A stretch of DNA of 52,682 nucleotides from Candidatus Roizmanbacteria bacterium RIFCSPHIGHO2_02_FULL_37_13b (lineage in GTDB: Bacteria; Patescibacteriota; Microgenomatia; UBA1406; HO2-37-13b). This document shows, piece by piece, positions 13,705 through 24,243 of this stretch. Location: positions 1 through 52,682 of the forward strand of contig MFZK01000017.1 of assembly GCA_001789395.1 (NCBI GenBank), read 5' to 3'. Made by a program: the position numbers and the translations under genes. The notes below the pieces were generated by a model, which saw nothing but the letters and a program-made list of their open reading frames with translations, had not been told where the DNA came from and ran no database searches. Positions within the stretch are counted from its first letter, which is position 1, and each line of letters starts with the position of its first letter.

Positions 13705-16700
13705 TTAATCAAGGTCCACTGCCTCTTTTATGACTAATTTATCTCCAACACTGATATTAACTGCCAAAACTTTTCTTTTAATCATAGATTCATATTTCTT
13801 TGGATATTCCGGTAAAGTGAGAGAAATTTTGGTATCAGATCGCAGATTCATTTGCTTTCTTTGTTTTTGAATGTTTCTTATTAATTCTCTAATCTTCCCT
13901 ACCTCTAATAACTCATCGGTTAATCTAGTATCGAAACCAACTTCAATATCTTCCTCTACGTGATAAGTAAGATCGATTGCTGTGGTATTTAACTCATCTT
14001 TAATCAGATTGAGATACTGTATTTCAAAGTTAGATTTCATGAATTTTTTATTTTGGGGCATTTTTATCATTACTTTGCTTAATTTCTGTCGTACCTTTAT
14101 TTGCTCTTCTTTTCTGATTCGATGACCAACCTCAACGATTTCTCGAATTGTATTCATATCATGTATTAAATTCTGATCAACTTTCATATCTTTCACTTCT
14201 TCAGGCCACATCGCCAAATGGACCGATACTTCATCGGTCAAATTGGTAAATATTTCTTCGGAAACAAATGGTAATATCGGTGAAAGAACAAGAGAAACCT
14301 GCACCAAAACAAAATGGAGAGTTTGATAAAAAACCTGCTTATCCTTTGTAGATTCAGAATTGACCCATACCCGGTCACGACTACGACGAATATACCAAGT
14401 TGACAGATCGGAAACAAACTTTTCTGCCTCCAGCGCCACGTCTTTTACGTTATAATTCTTTAGGTTTTCTTTGACAAAATCGATTAACCAATGAAGTCTA
14501 TTGACAATCCACAAATCAAGAACCTGTTGATTTTTTTCATCATACTTAATACTTATTGCCTCATACTTATCTAAATTCGCATATTCAATAAAATATTTAT
14601 AAATATTCCATAGCATAAGATAAAATTGGCGCCGAACTTCATCTGCGTGTTTATAGCCAAACAGCATATTATCCTCCGGACTTTGTCTGGCATACATCCA
14701 TCTCATTACATCAACACCGATTTTATCAGCCCCTTCGTTAAACTCTATCGCGTTACCCCAACTTTTGTGCATTGGTCGACCATCTTCCCCAAGCAGAGTC
14801 CCAAACCCGAGAACTGTCTTAAACGGCGGCTCATTTTCAAGAGCTGTTGACATGGCTACAAGAGCATAAAACCAATTTTTAAACTGACCTGGAAAAGATT
14901 CTGTGATAAAATTAACCGGAAACCATTTTTTCCATTCTGCATTATTTTCTAAATACAATGGATCGCTTTTGTTATCTTTTGATATAGTAGAATATGGTAC
15001 GATCCCAGCATCAAGCCACGGATTACCTACATCTGAAATTCTTGATACAACCGCATTGCATTTAGCACATTTGATTTTAACTTCATCAATCCAAGGTTTA
15101 TGAGGACTTTTACCTTTCAAAAGTTCCCATCCTGAAATAGCTCTTTTTTTTAGTTCTTCTTTTGAGCCGATCACTTCAAAATGATGACATTTTTTACACT
15201 CATAGATGGGTAAGGCTAATCCCCAATATCTATTTTTCTTGCTGATTAACCAATCGTGCATGTTGTTTAGCCAATCTAATTCACGGTTCCTACCAAATTC
15301 CGGCAGCCACTTGATTTTCTTGATAACCTCAATCATCATTTCTCTAAATGTTTTATTCTGTAGTTTTGACTTTTGACTTTTGATTTTTGAACTCGATGGA
15401 CGAATGTCCATCGCTATATACCACTCTTCCTCTACTTTCCAAACCAGCTCTGTCTTGCATCTCCAGCACGCCGGATAACGGTGTTTATATTCGTGAATCC
15501 TGTAAGCCCAATTATTATTCTCCATATAGTCAAGAATAATACGGGGATTTTTTTTGGCATTTTTGCCTGATAAAAATCCTAAATGTTCAAGATAATCTGC
15601 ATTATCGGCAATAACTGGTATCATCGGCAGTCCAAGTTTCTTACCCAGTTTGAAATCTTCGGCACCAGCTGAAACTGCCGTATGGACCATTCCCGTCCCT
15701 TCGGTCAATGTTATCGGCATGATGCGGGAATCAGTAGGGATAACCGTGTGAAAATTCTTATTTTGTTTAGCTACTTGTTGAACGGCTGGCAAATCATCAA
15801 ATGGGCCTTCATATTTTATACCAACTAACTCTCTGCCTTTTACTGTCTTGACAATTTTTTTGTAATTATTTTGTAAAACGCTGTCGATTAATTCTTTAGC
15901 TAACCAATATAAATCGCCGGATTTCATCTCAACCAGAGCATATTCAAAACTTATATCAACGGCAACAGCAATATTAGCCGGAAGCGTCCAGGGAGTTGTT
16001 GTCCATACCAATAAATATGTTTTCGTATCGTGTAACGTGTTACGTGTTACGGGTAACTTGAAATACACCGATTCATGGATTACTTCTTTATAATCTTCAG
16101 TCAGCATTTCATGTTGTGATATCGCCGTCTCGCATCGAGGACACCAAGGTACGCTATCCGGGGCTTTATAAATCCACCCAAGCTCAAAACATTTTTTTAA
16201 AAAATGCCAAATCATATAATTGTTTTCATCGCTCATGGTAAAATAGGAATTATCCCAATCCATGAAATTGCCTAGGCGTTTTGTCTGCTCTGTTTGAATA
16301 TCGGCAAATTTTCTAACCCGTTTCTTACAGAGTTCGACAAACTTAGCTATTGACGCTTTAGAATCACCGACAACTAGATTCTCTATATCTCTTTTAGTCT
16401 TCAATTTAAGTTCCTTTTCTACCTCAACTTCAACCCATAAACCCTGACAATCAAATCCATTTTGAAATCGCTGTCTATACCCTAAAAGATTAAAAAAACG
16501 CTGCCAAACGTCCTTATAAGTTCGGCCCCATGCATGATGTACACCCATGGGATTATTGGCAGTTATCGGCCCATCTTGGAAAGAAAATCGTTTATCAGAT
16601 TTATCATTTTTATGAAGATATGCCGTCACAACGCCCTTTTCATACCAATGCTGTAACCACTTCTTCTCCATCTCAACAAAATTGGGATTTGGATCTACAG

Positions 16701-16710
16701 GTTTGAACAT
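13705..16710 (-). CDS. ileS: Isoleucyl-tRNA synthetase (IleRS2-like)
   Basis: DGPITAN, GFDCQGL, WTTTPWTLPAN, GTGMVH, DWLIS..RYWG, PMHKSWGN, WYIRRSRDR. Confidence 0.95.
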   Translation of the reverse strand: MFKPVDPNPNFVEMEKKWLQHWYEKGVVTAYLHKNDKSDKRFSFQDGPITANNPMGVHHAWGRTYKDVWQRFFNLLGYRQRFQNGFDCQGLWVEVEVEKELKLKTKRDIENLVVGDSKASIAKFVELCKKRVRKFADIQTEQTKRLGNFMDWDNSYFTMSDENNYMIWHFLKKCFELGWIYKAPDSVPWCPRCETAISQHEMLTEDYKEVIHESVYFKLPVTRNTLHDTKTYLLVWTTTPWTLPANIAVAVDISFEYALVEMKSGDLYWLAKELIDSVLQNNYKKIVKTVKGRELVGIKYEGPFDDLPAVQQVAKQNKNFHTVIPTDSRIMPITLTEGTGMVHTAVSAGAEDFKLGKKLGLPMIPVIADNADYLEHLGFLSGKNAKKNPRIILDYMENNNWAYRIHEYKHRYPACWRCKTELVWKVEEEWYIAMDIRPSSSKIKSQKSKLQNKTFREMMIEVIKKIKWLPEFGRNRELDWLNNMHDWLISKKNRYWGLALPIYECKKCHHFEVIGSKEELKKRAISGWELLKGKSPHKPWIDEVKIKCAKCNAVVSRISDVGNPWLDAGIVPYSTISKDNKSDPLYLENNAEWKKWFPVNFITESFPGQFKNWFYALVAMSTALENEPPFKTVLGFGTLLGEDGRPMHKSWGNAIEFNEGADKIGVDVMRWMYARQSPEDNMLFGYKHADEVRRQFYLMLWNIYKYFIEYANLDKYEAISIKYDEKNQQVLDLWIVNRLHWLIDFVKENLKNYNVKDVALEAEKFVSDLSTWYIRRSRDRVWVNSESTKDKQVFYQTLHFVLVQVSLVLSPILPFVSEEIFTNLTDEVSVHLAMWPEEVKDMKVDQNLIHDMNTIREIVEVGHRIRKEEQIKVRQKLSKVMIKMPQNKKFMKSNFEIQYLNLIKDELNTTAIDLTYHVEEDIEVGFDTRLTDELLEVGKIRELIRNIQKQRKQMNLRSDTKISLTLPEYPKKYESMIKRKVLAVNISVGDKLVIKEAVDLD

Positions 16711-16740
16711 ATTTGTCTATTATAATATAAAAACAGCTGC

Positions 16741-16775
16741 GATTCTTCGGTCGCTATCGCTCACTCAGAATGACA
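16741..16775. repeat. REP-like palindrome of the same GAT...ATGACA family as 1400-1556
   Basis: gattcttcggtcgctatcgctcactcagaatgaca between divergent ileS and typA. Confidence 0.7.
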
Positions 16776-16844
16776 CGAAGAAGGAATGAATGATGATAAA
16801 GGCAAAAGTATGATATAATTTGTTTTTCTTTTATATAGAATTAT

Positions 16845-18674
16845 ATGGATATATATAATATTGCTATCATAGCCCATGTCGATCATGGCAAAACCACGCT
16901 TGTTGACGGTATGTTGAAACAAACACATACATTTCGAGATAACCAAAAAGAGATGAATCAGGTTCTGATTATGGATTCAAATGATCTTGAACGGGAGAAA
17001 GGTATCACTATTCTTTCCAAAAATACCAGTGTTTGTATTAATGATAAAAAAATTAACATTATCGATACACCTGGACATGCTGATTTTGGCGGTGAAGTTG
17101 AACGAGTTCTAAACATGGCTTCAGGCGCAATTCTTTTGGTTGATGCAGCTGAGGGACCACTGCCTCAGACTCGATTTGTTTTAAAAAAAGCATTGGAGGC
17201 TAAATTAGCAATGATCGTGATTATAAATAAAATAGATAAAAAAGATGCCAGGCCTTTGGAAGTATTGCATGAGGTTGAAAGTCTGTTTCTTGAGCTTGTC
17301 TCTAACGAATCAGCTCTTCATTTCAAGACTTTATTTGGAGTCGGTCGTGATGGAAAAATGTATAAGGAACTACCTGCAAAGTATACATCAGAACTTCCTG
17401 GTAACTTAAATCCACTATTTGAGTTAATTATAGAGTCTGTTCCTAACGCAACTCATGATAAAAATAAACCGTTTCAAATGCTTATTTCAACACTTGATTA
17501 TGATAATTATGTTGGCCGACTTTGTATTGGAAAGGTTAATCAAGGAATGTTAAAGAAAGGTGGAAAAATTGCCTTGATTGAAGATGAGAAGCTGATGGGA
17601 ACGTATACGGCGATGAAATTATTTACCAGCGTAGGCCTTATTCGTACTGAGGTCGATATGATTACCTGTGGTGATATCGTCGCTATAGCTGGTATTGCCG
17701 AGTTAAACATCGGTCAAACTGTCACTGACCCACATTTTCCGATAAGCCTACCGAATATTGAAGTTGAAGAACCGACTATTAAAATTACAATTGGTCCAAA
17801 TACCAGTCCATTTTCAGGAAAAGAAGGAACCTACACCACATCACGTCAGATACGGGAAAGATTGGTAAAAGAAATCCAAACCAATTTAGGACTCAAAATG
17901 GAAGAATCTGATCAATCGGGAAGTCGGTTTACAGTCAGTGGTCGAGGCGAGCTTCATTTAGCAATTCTCATTGAAACGATGCGTCGGGAAGGATATGAAC
18001 TCGAGGTCTCTAAACCTCAGGTTATTTATAAAACTATTGACGGAAAAACCGTTGAACCCTACGAGGAAGTTACTATTGATATCAATAAAGAATATTTAGG
18101 AGTGATAAGTCAAGAACTTGGAAAAAGAAAAGGAGAACTACAAAATATGACTACCGATCATAATGATAACGCAAGACTTGTATATAAAATTTCAAGCCAA
18201 AATCTCATCGGTATCCGAAGTAGTCTATTGACAAATACTAGAGGAACAGTCGTAATGAATAGCTTTTTCTTAGGCTACGAACCAAAAGGCGAAAAAATGG
18301 ATTCAATGCGATCGGGTGCTCTTATCGCCAGCCAATCAGGCACAACATTCACATATGGATTGGCAAACGCACAAGAGCGAGGCACCTTGTTTGTGGGTCC
18401 TGGTATCGTGGTCTATGAGGGTATGATTGTCGGCATAACGCCAAATGAAAAAGATATTGAGGTAAACGTTTGTAAAGCAAAAAAATTGACTAATAACCGA
18501 TCATCCGGTGAAGGTGTATCCGTTTCAGTTGAACCACCAACAATATTAAGTCTGGAACAGTGTCTGGATTTTTTGAATGATGATGAGCTTCTCGAGGTTA
18601 CTCCTAAATCACTTCGACTACGTAAAACATTACTGTCCATAACTGCTCGACGCGTCGAAAGTCGGATGAAATAA
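16845..18674 (+). CDS. typA: Translational GTPase TypA/BipA
   Basis: NIAIIAHVDHGKTTLVD, ERGIT-like EKGITI, DTPGHADFGGEVER, GRGELHL, EVTPKSLRLRK. Confidence 0.97.
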   Translation: MDIYNIAIIAHVDHGKTTLVDGMLKQTHTFRDNQKEMNQVLIMDSNDLEREKGITILSKNTSVCINDKKINIIDTPGHADFGGEVERVLNMASGAILLVDAAEGPLPQTRFVLKKALEAKLAMIVIINKIDKKDARPLEVLHEVESLFLELVSNESALHFKTLFGVGRDGKMYKELPAKYTSELPGNLNPLFELIIESVPNATHDKNKPFQMLISTLDYDNYVGRLCIGKVNQGMLKKGGKIALIEDEKLMGTYTAMKLFTSVGLIRTEVDMITCGDIVAIAGIAELNIGQTVTDPHFPISLPNIEVEEPTIKITIGPNTSPFSGKEGTYTTSRQIRERLVKEIQTNLGLKMEESDQSGSRFTVSGRGELHLAILIETMRREGYELEVSKPQVIYKTIDGKTVEPYEEVTIDINKEYLGVISQELGKRKGELQNMTTDHNDNARLVYKISSQNLIGIRSSLLTNTRGTVVMNSFFLGYEPKGEKMDSMRSGALIASQSGTTFTYGLANAQERGTLFVGPGIVVYEGMIVGITPNEKDIEVNVCKAKKLTNNRSSGEGVSVSVEPPTILSLEQCLDFLNDDELLEVTPKSLRLRKTLLSITARRVESRMK

Positions 18675-18729
18675 TTTTAGACACCCGTCGGGCCTACGGA
18701 TTTTAATTATATTAAATTAATTAAAAGAT

Positions 18730-19914
18730 TTAAAAAGGCATTTCGTCTTGATTGTTGGATTCTTCTTCAGATGCAGATGGAAGCTCAAGTCTTTCGATTT
18801 TTGGCAATGCATCATCTGTTGCTCCCTGTAAATCCCCATAGAGACTGGCTGTGGATGCTATTACCCGTTCTATTTCTTTTTCCCTTCTTGCCCATATCGT
18901 CGTCATTGCTCGCTTTTCCCGATCCAATTCACCTTTCAGATTTGAAAATGCATTGATGATATTCTCAATTTTACTTTTGAATTCCGGACTTAATAAATAT
19001 TGATAAAGATACTCCATTTTTTTGTTCCCACCATCGATTGATTGACGAAGTTTGTACATAGCAATTAAATTGCCTCGAACTACATGGATCAGCGGTAATA
19101 TATAAGCTAAATCAACGACCAAGATTCCCTTGATTTCACCAAATATCTTGATTGAATCGGGCATAGTCTTCGATACCAAAATAGCAATATCTGCCTTGGC
19201 TTTTGCCAGATCATCTCTCAATTTATCAACCCATTCGTTACTGAATGCCTTAGTATTTTTGAACTCCCATAATATCATTCCGGAGCGTAGACCTGATCGT
19301 TGGTTCACTTCTTGAATCAGATCTGCGCCCGTTATCCCTGTTGGCACATCATAAATTTTGTCAGTTGGAAAATTCTGTGAAAGTAAGTTTTTTAAATCGG
19401 TCTCAAGAGCATCACCCTGGATTTGCATTGAACCTTGGTCTGATTTTCTTTTCAACTCCTCTATAGTCTTTCGCATTTGATCAATTTGTTTTTCCTTTTC
19501 GGCTAATTTTAGCCTGGAGTTATCTTCAAGTTCTTTTTGCAATTTCTCTGTCATATCGCGACGAATTTCGTCTATTTTTCGCTCTAAGACTAATTCCATC
19601 TGCTTTTTTTGTTCTTCTATTTCTCTTTTTGATCTTCTTAACTCCAATTCCTGCTTCTGAAATTCCTCAAGACGCCTCTTTTGATCTTCAAGAATTTCAT
19701 TTTTATCTTTCAGCTCCTTTGTCACTTTTTCGCTTGCTTTTTGTTGCGCCACTTCCCACATTTTTGCTTTTTCTTTTTGAAGAAAATTTTGTTTTTCTTT
19801 TTCAAAATCCTGGCGTAATTTAATCTCGACTGCATCATGCATCTGTTTAGTTAGAGTCTCAGACAGAGGTATTTGAGTTCCACAATTTGGGCATTTTATA
19901 TTTTGATCCGTCAT
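18730..19914 (-). CDS. DUF2130-like coiled-coil protein with N-terminal CPNC
   Basis: IKCPNCG, long coiled coil, SMQIQGDALE, GADLIQ, WEFKNTK; start MTDQ at 19914. Confidence 0.75.
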   Translation of the reverse strand: MTDQNIKCPNCGTQIPLSETLTKQMHDAVEIKLRQDFEKEKQNFLQKEKAKMWEVAQQKASEKVTKELKDKNEILEDQKRRLEEFQKQELELRRSKREIEEQKKQMELVLERKIDEIRRDMTEKLQKELEDNSRLKLAEKEKQIDQMRKTIEELKRKSDQGSMQIQGDALETDLKNLLSQNFPTDKIYDVPTGITGADLIQEVNQRSGLRSGMILWEFKNTKAFSNEWVDKLRDDLAKAKADIAILVSKTMPDSIKIFGEIKGILVVDLAYILPLIHVVRGNLIAMYKLRQSIDGGNKKMEYLYQYLLSPEFKSKIENIINAFSNLKGELDREKRAMTTIWARREKEIERVIASTASLYGDLQGATDDALPKIERLELPSASEEESNNQDEMPF

Positions 19915-19921
19915 GACAGAA

Positions 19922-21091
19922 TTATTTTCTACGCAAGAAAGTAGGTACATCAAATTCAGTATCTGCTAAATCTGAACCTGAATTATCATCCTCTATGTCT
20001 TTTGAGTTGACATCAACCTTCTTCTGTTCTTTATTTATATCTTTTTTTGCGACAATAAAATCTTCTAAGTCATCTTCTTCACTTTCATCCTGCAGCATCG
20101 ATGTCGATCTGTTTTGTAATCTTAATAGTCTTAATCGATTTTCATCAAATTTAGTCGCAATAACTGTAATTTTAACCTGATCCATCATTTTTTCATCTAT
20201 CACAGCCCCAAAAATTATTTCGGCGTCAGAATCAACAATTTTAGATATAATTGACGCTGCTTCATCGACCTCAAGCATGGATAAATCAGGCCCCCCAACA
20301 ATATTGAAAAGGACTCCCTTTGCACCTTCTATAGATGTCTCCAAAAGCGGTGATGAAATTGCTTGCTTTATGGCAATCCCGGTGCGTTTATCTCCCGACC
20401 CTACTCCAATACCCATCAAAGCAGTCCCGGCGTCTTTCATGATAGAACGAACATCAGCAAAATCAACATTGATAAGTCCGGGAGTAGTTATAAGTTCAGC
20501 AATTCCTTTTACACCTTGATGGAGTATCGAATCAATTTTCTTAAATGCCTGGGTAACACTAACTTTGTTATCGATTATTTCCAATACTTTTTGGTTGGGA
20601 ATAATTATTAGCGTATCAACCTTATCTTTAAGCTTGGTGATACCATCATCAGCAGCCACTTTTCGTCTGGATCCTTCAAAGTTAAAGGGTCTGGTCACGA
20701 CCGCTACGACTAACGTATTAATTTCTTTGACTATTTCAGCAACAACTGGTGCTGCTCCCGTTCCAGTCCCACCGCCTTCTCCACATGCAATAAAAACCAT
20801 ATCTGCTCCATCGACAGCTTCTTTTATTTTATCACGCGACTCTTCAGCGGCCTTTAATCCTATTTCTGGATCTCCCCCCGATCCCAGACCTTTAGTCAGA
20901 TTTTCTCCTATCTGAATCTTGACATCTGCTTTGGTTTTAAGTAATGCTTGAGCATCGGTATTTAATGCAATGAACTCGACGCCCTGAATATCTTCTTCCA
21001 ATACCATGGTCGATATGGCATTACCACCCCCACCACCTATACCTACAACTTTAATTTTTGCCGGTTGTCCAGCCTTTGGTTTTATTAGCAC
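19922..21091 (-). CDS. ftsZ: Cell division protein FtsZ
   Basis: GIGGGGGNA, GGGTGTG, INVDFADV, C-terminal FDVPTFLRRK. Confidence 0.98.
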   Translation of the reverse strand: MLIKPKAGQPAKIKVVGIGGGGGNAISTMVLEEDIQGVEFIALNTDAQALLKTKADVKIQIGENLTKGLGSGGDPEIGLKAAEESRDKIKEAVDGADMVFIACGEGGGTGTGAAPVVAEIVKEINTLVVAVVTRPFNFEGSRRKVAADDGITKLKDKVDTLIIIPNQKVLEIIDNKVSVTQAFKKIDSILHQGVKGIAELITTPGLINVDFADVRSIMKDAGTALMGIGVGSGDKRTGIAIKQAISSPLLETSIEGAKGVLFNIVGGPDLSMLEVDEAASIISKIVDSDAEIIFGAVIDEKMMDQVKITVIATKFDENRLRLLRLQNRSTSMLQDESEEDDLEDFIVAKKDINKEQKKVDVNSKDIEDDNSGSDLADTEFDVPTFLRRK

Positions 21092-21111
21092 GTGTGAATT
21101 ATATCTAAATT

Positions 21112-22395
21112 TTAAGGGATATACGATTTAAAAATCCCAATTACTTTTTTTACTGATCCTTTAACTGAAAAGCTTCGCAAGATTGAGTTAAAATCTTTAA
21201 TATTTAATTTTGCTTTCTCCTCCACGTAATCTTTAGCGTAAAGAAGCAAACCAACAACAGCTGAATATTGCGGATACATTATTTCATCTATTAGACCCGT
21301 GACATGTTGAGGTGTTCCCACTCTAGCACTCATACCAATTATATGTTTAGCGACTTCAACTGATGATACGGTCGATGCACCACCACCAACGATAACTAAA
21401 CCCGATGGTACTTGATTTGATAGCTCACTTTTTTCTATCTCAGAAAATACTTTTTCGTATATCTCTTCGAGCCTTGGTTTCATAATTCCATCGATGACGG
21501 TTTTATAAGAAACAGTTGATAGTCCTTCCAACAAATTAAGATCCGACACATCTATATCATCTTTTTTTGAAAGATTGTCTTTATCTAACTTCTTTTTTAA
21601 ATTCTTTTTATCCATTAAAAATAATTTGATTTTTTCTGACGACTCAAGCGATATCCTAAGTCCCACGGCAATATCATTTGTTATATGTCTGGCGCCAATG
21701 GGAATAGATGATGAATAAGATAGTGCTCCATCTACAAATATACAGATGTCTGTCTTACCGCCTCCGATATCAATCAGTACAACTCCCAATTCTTTTTCAG
21801 TTTCAGAGACGACGGCAAGTGATGAAGAAAGTCCTGAAAATACAAAACCATCGACAGCTATCCCGAGATCAGTAAGACATCTTTCAATATTTTTTAGATT
21901 TGTAACCGAGGCAGTAATAATATGAGTGTTGACTTCAAGTCGCACACCACTCATTCCAATAGGATTTTTGATACCCGATTGACCGTCAACAATATATTCC
22001 CGAGGTATTACTTCGATTACTTCTCTGGTTGAGGACAATGAAATAGCTTTAGCAGCTTCTATTGCTCTTTCTATATCTGATGCATTTATATCCGCGTCAG
22101 GTTGGGATACGGCAACAACTCCATGTGAATTTATAGAGCTTATATGTGGACCACCGACGGTTACATATGCTGAATTTACCTTAATTCCTGCCATTCTTTC
22201 AGCTTTTTCGATACAATCTTCCAAAGCTGAAGAAACATGGGCAATATCAACAATTTGCCCTTTTCTTACTCCTTTAGAATCCACAGTGGCAAAACCCATG
22301 ATTCTTGGTGTTCTATCTTCTCCGGCTACAGAAGCAATAATTGAGACGATTTTACTGGTACCAATATCAATACCAGTGATTATTTGTTCAGCCAT
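21112..22395 (-). CDS. ftsA: Cell division protein FtsA
   Basis: GIDIGTSK, PIGMSGVRLEV, IDIGGGKTD, ITNDIA. Confidence 0.97.
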   Translation of the reverse strand: MAEQIITGIDIGTSKIVSIIASVAGEDRTPRIMGFATVDSKGVRKGQIVDIAHVSSALEDCIEKAERMAGIKVNSAYVTVGGPHISSINSHGVVAVSQPDADINASDIERAIEAAKAISLSSTREVIEVIPREYIVDGQSGIKNPIGMSGVRLEVNTHIITASVTNLKNIERCLTDLGIAVDGFVFSGLSSSLAVVSETEKELGVVLIDIGGGKTDICIFVDGALSYSSSIPIGARHITNDIAVGLRISLESSEKIKLFLMDKKNLKKKLDKDNLSKKDDIDVSDLNLLEGLSTVSYKTVIDGIMKPRLEEIYEKVFSEIEKSELSNQVPSGLVIVGGGASTVSSVEVAKHIIGMSARVGTPQHVTGLIDEIMYPQYSAVVGLLLYAKDYVEEKAKLNIKDFNSILRSFSVKGSVKKVIGIFKSYIP

Positions 22396-22397
22396 AT

Positions 22398-23102
22398 TTA
22401 CTTCAATTTAACCACAGGCTTATTAAATCTCAAATCGATAGATTTGAAGTCAATCTTTTCAACTTTTATCTTTATCATTAAATTCTTTAAATCTATTACT
22501 TGTTCTTCTAGTTTTTTTTCATTACTTATAATTATTTCTTTATCATCACTTGTTCTAAATACTAACATATCAGGTCCATTAATATCAAGTCTCCTAACAT
22601 CAATATTCATTTCGTTTAAAGCTGATATGAATGATAAACCGGTTAATATATCTTCTTGATTTATTAAGTCAGAAACCTGAAAATCGTCGTAATTAAAATT
22701 CTGGTAATAGACAATTTGAGGATGAATGTCGTTACTCATACTTTTGAGTCGAGATATGACTTTGCCTTCCTTAGATAGAGAATAAAAACCTTGATCAACT
22801 TTCAAATAACCTAATACTGAACTAAGCTTTACAGTTAAACGTATAGTTGAGGGATACTGTTTCACTATTTCTATGTCGGAAATACCAGGATTTAATTTAA
22901 GTAGATTTTTTTTAATTTTGGAGGTATCCAAAAACAATAGCGTTTCACCTTGAAGCGCACTTAAACCATACAAATTATTTGTTCCACTAAGTGTAATAGT
23001 TTTAATTACTAAATGATTTGTAATTAAATAAAATGACGCGACAAAAAAAATGATTAATAAGAAAAAAATAACTATTTTTTTAATGAAAGATATTCGGACC
23101 AT
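22398..23102 (-). CDS. ftsQ: FtsQ/DivIB-like protein
   Basis: Single TM, POTRA-like KQYPSTI, C-terminal IDLRFNKPVVK, upstream of ftsA. Confidence 0.8.
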   Translation of the reverse strand: MVRISFIKKIVIFFLLIIFFVASFYLITNHLVIKTITLSGTNNLYGLSALQGETLLFLDTSKIKKNLLKLNPGISDIEIVKQYPSTIRLTVKLSSVLGYLKVDQGFYSLSKEGKVISRLKSMSNDIHPQIVYYQNFNYDDFQVSDLINQEDILTGLSFISALNEMNIDVRRLDINGPDMLVFRTSDDKEIIISNEKKLEEQVIDLKNLMIKIKVEKIDFKSIDLRFNKPVVKLK

Positions 23103-23160
23103 CCTAATTTAGTATAACAGAATAGACTATTTCAGAAAGATTTTACAAAAAAAATTTGTG

Positions 23161-24243
23161 TCAATCATTCATTAAAATACTGATTATTTTTTTTGCTGCG
23201 TCAGGATGATAATAGAACATGAGTTTAGAAAAATTATTTTTATATTTATTTAAATCTGCGTCCATTGTTTTAATGATCTGATAAAGTTCTTTACTACTTC
23301 GCTCATCGGATAAAATTTCTGCAGCCCCGGCAGTCTTTAAAAGAAGCGCCTGTTCTCTCTGTTCTTGAAATGACGCTATCGACAATGGAATTAGTATCGA
23401 TGGTAACTGAAAGGCTATTAGTTCCATCACAGTATTGGCACCGGAACGTCCTATCACAAGATTGGCTTTTTTGTAAATCTGTCCAACTTGCCAATCGTCA
23501 AAATGCGGCTTAACAAGATAATTTCCTTTTTTGTAACTTATCAAACGATTATAATTTTCATTATTATTATACGATCCACACTGATGAATGACAAAAAAAT
23601 CCTTTGTCAGAAGGGGTAATATTTCTTCTATCAACTTATTGATGGTTTTTGATCCTAGAGATCCTCCTGTAATGTAAATGATTTTTTGCTTGGGTTTTCT
23701 TATGAAATCTGAATGATTTGTGGTATTTAAAAGAGACTGGCGCAACGGATTGCCTGTAATAATAGTTTTATTACCAGAAAATGCAGTCTTAGTTTCGGGA
23801 AAGGAAAGTAAAATATATTTAGCGAATAACCCACTTAAACGATTGGCAATTCCCGGCTTTAAAGTTTGTTCGTGAATTATAACAGAAATTCGAAGTAAAA
23901 AAGAAGCCATGACTACAGGTAATCCTAAATATCCTCCAAAAGACAAAACTCGATCTGGACGATATCTTAAAACAATGAAGAAGGCCTGAATAAAACCAAT
24001 TGGAATAAAGAGAATATTAATAAAAGAAATTAGATTAATACTACGTGTTAAACGCCCTGCGTTGAGATTTACAAATTTAATTCCCAATTTAGTAATTTGT
24101 TGATATTCATAGGACTGCTCTTTATCAAAAAGAAGTGCATGCTTTCTGCCGACAAAAAGTACTTGTTGTTTCTCATTTGAAATTAGTTCATCAATGACCG
24201 CTAGTGCCGGCGTCACATGTCCGCCAGTAATAAGAATTTTCAT
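23161..24243 (-). CDS. murG: Lipid II GlcNAc transferase MurG
   Basis: TGGHVTP, FGGY, HEQ, TGNPLR, GGSLGS, RSGANT. Confidence 0.95.
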   Translation of the reverse strand: MKILITGGHVTPALAVIDELISNEKQQVLFVGRKHALLFDKEQSYEYQQITKLGIKFVNLNAGRLTRSINLISFINILFIPIGFIQAFFIVLRYRPDRVLSFGGYLGLPVVMASFLLRISVIIHEQTLKPGIANRLSGLFAKYILLSFPETKTAFSGNKTIITGNPLRQSLLNTTNHSDFIRKPKQKIIYITGGSLGSKTINKLIEEILPLLTKDFFVIHQCGSYNNNENYNRLISYKKGNYLVKPHFDDWQVGQIYKKANLVIGRSGANTVMELIAFQLPSILIPLSIASFQEQREQALLLKTAGAAEILSDERSSKELYQIIKTMDADLNKYKNNFSKLMFYYHPDAAKKIISILMND

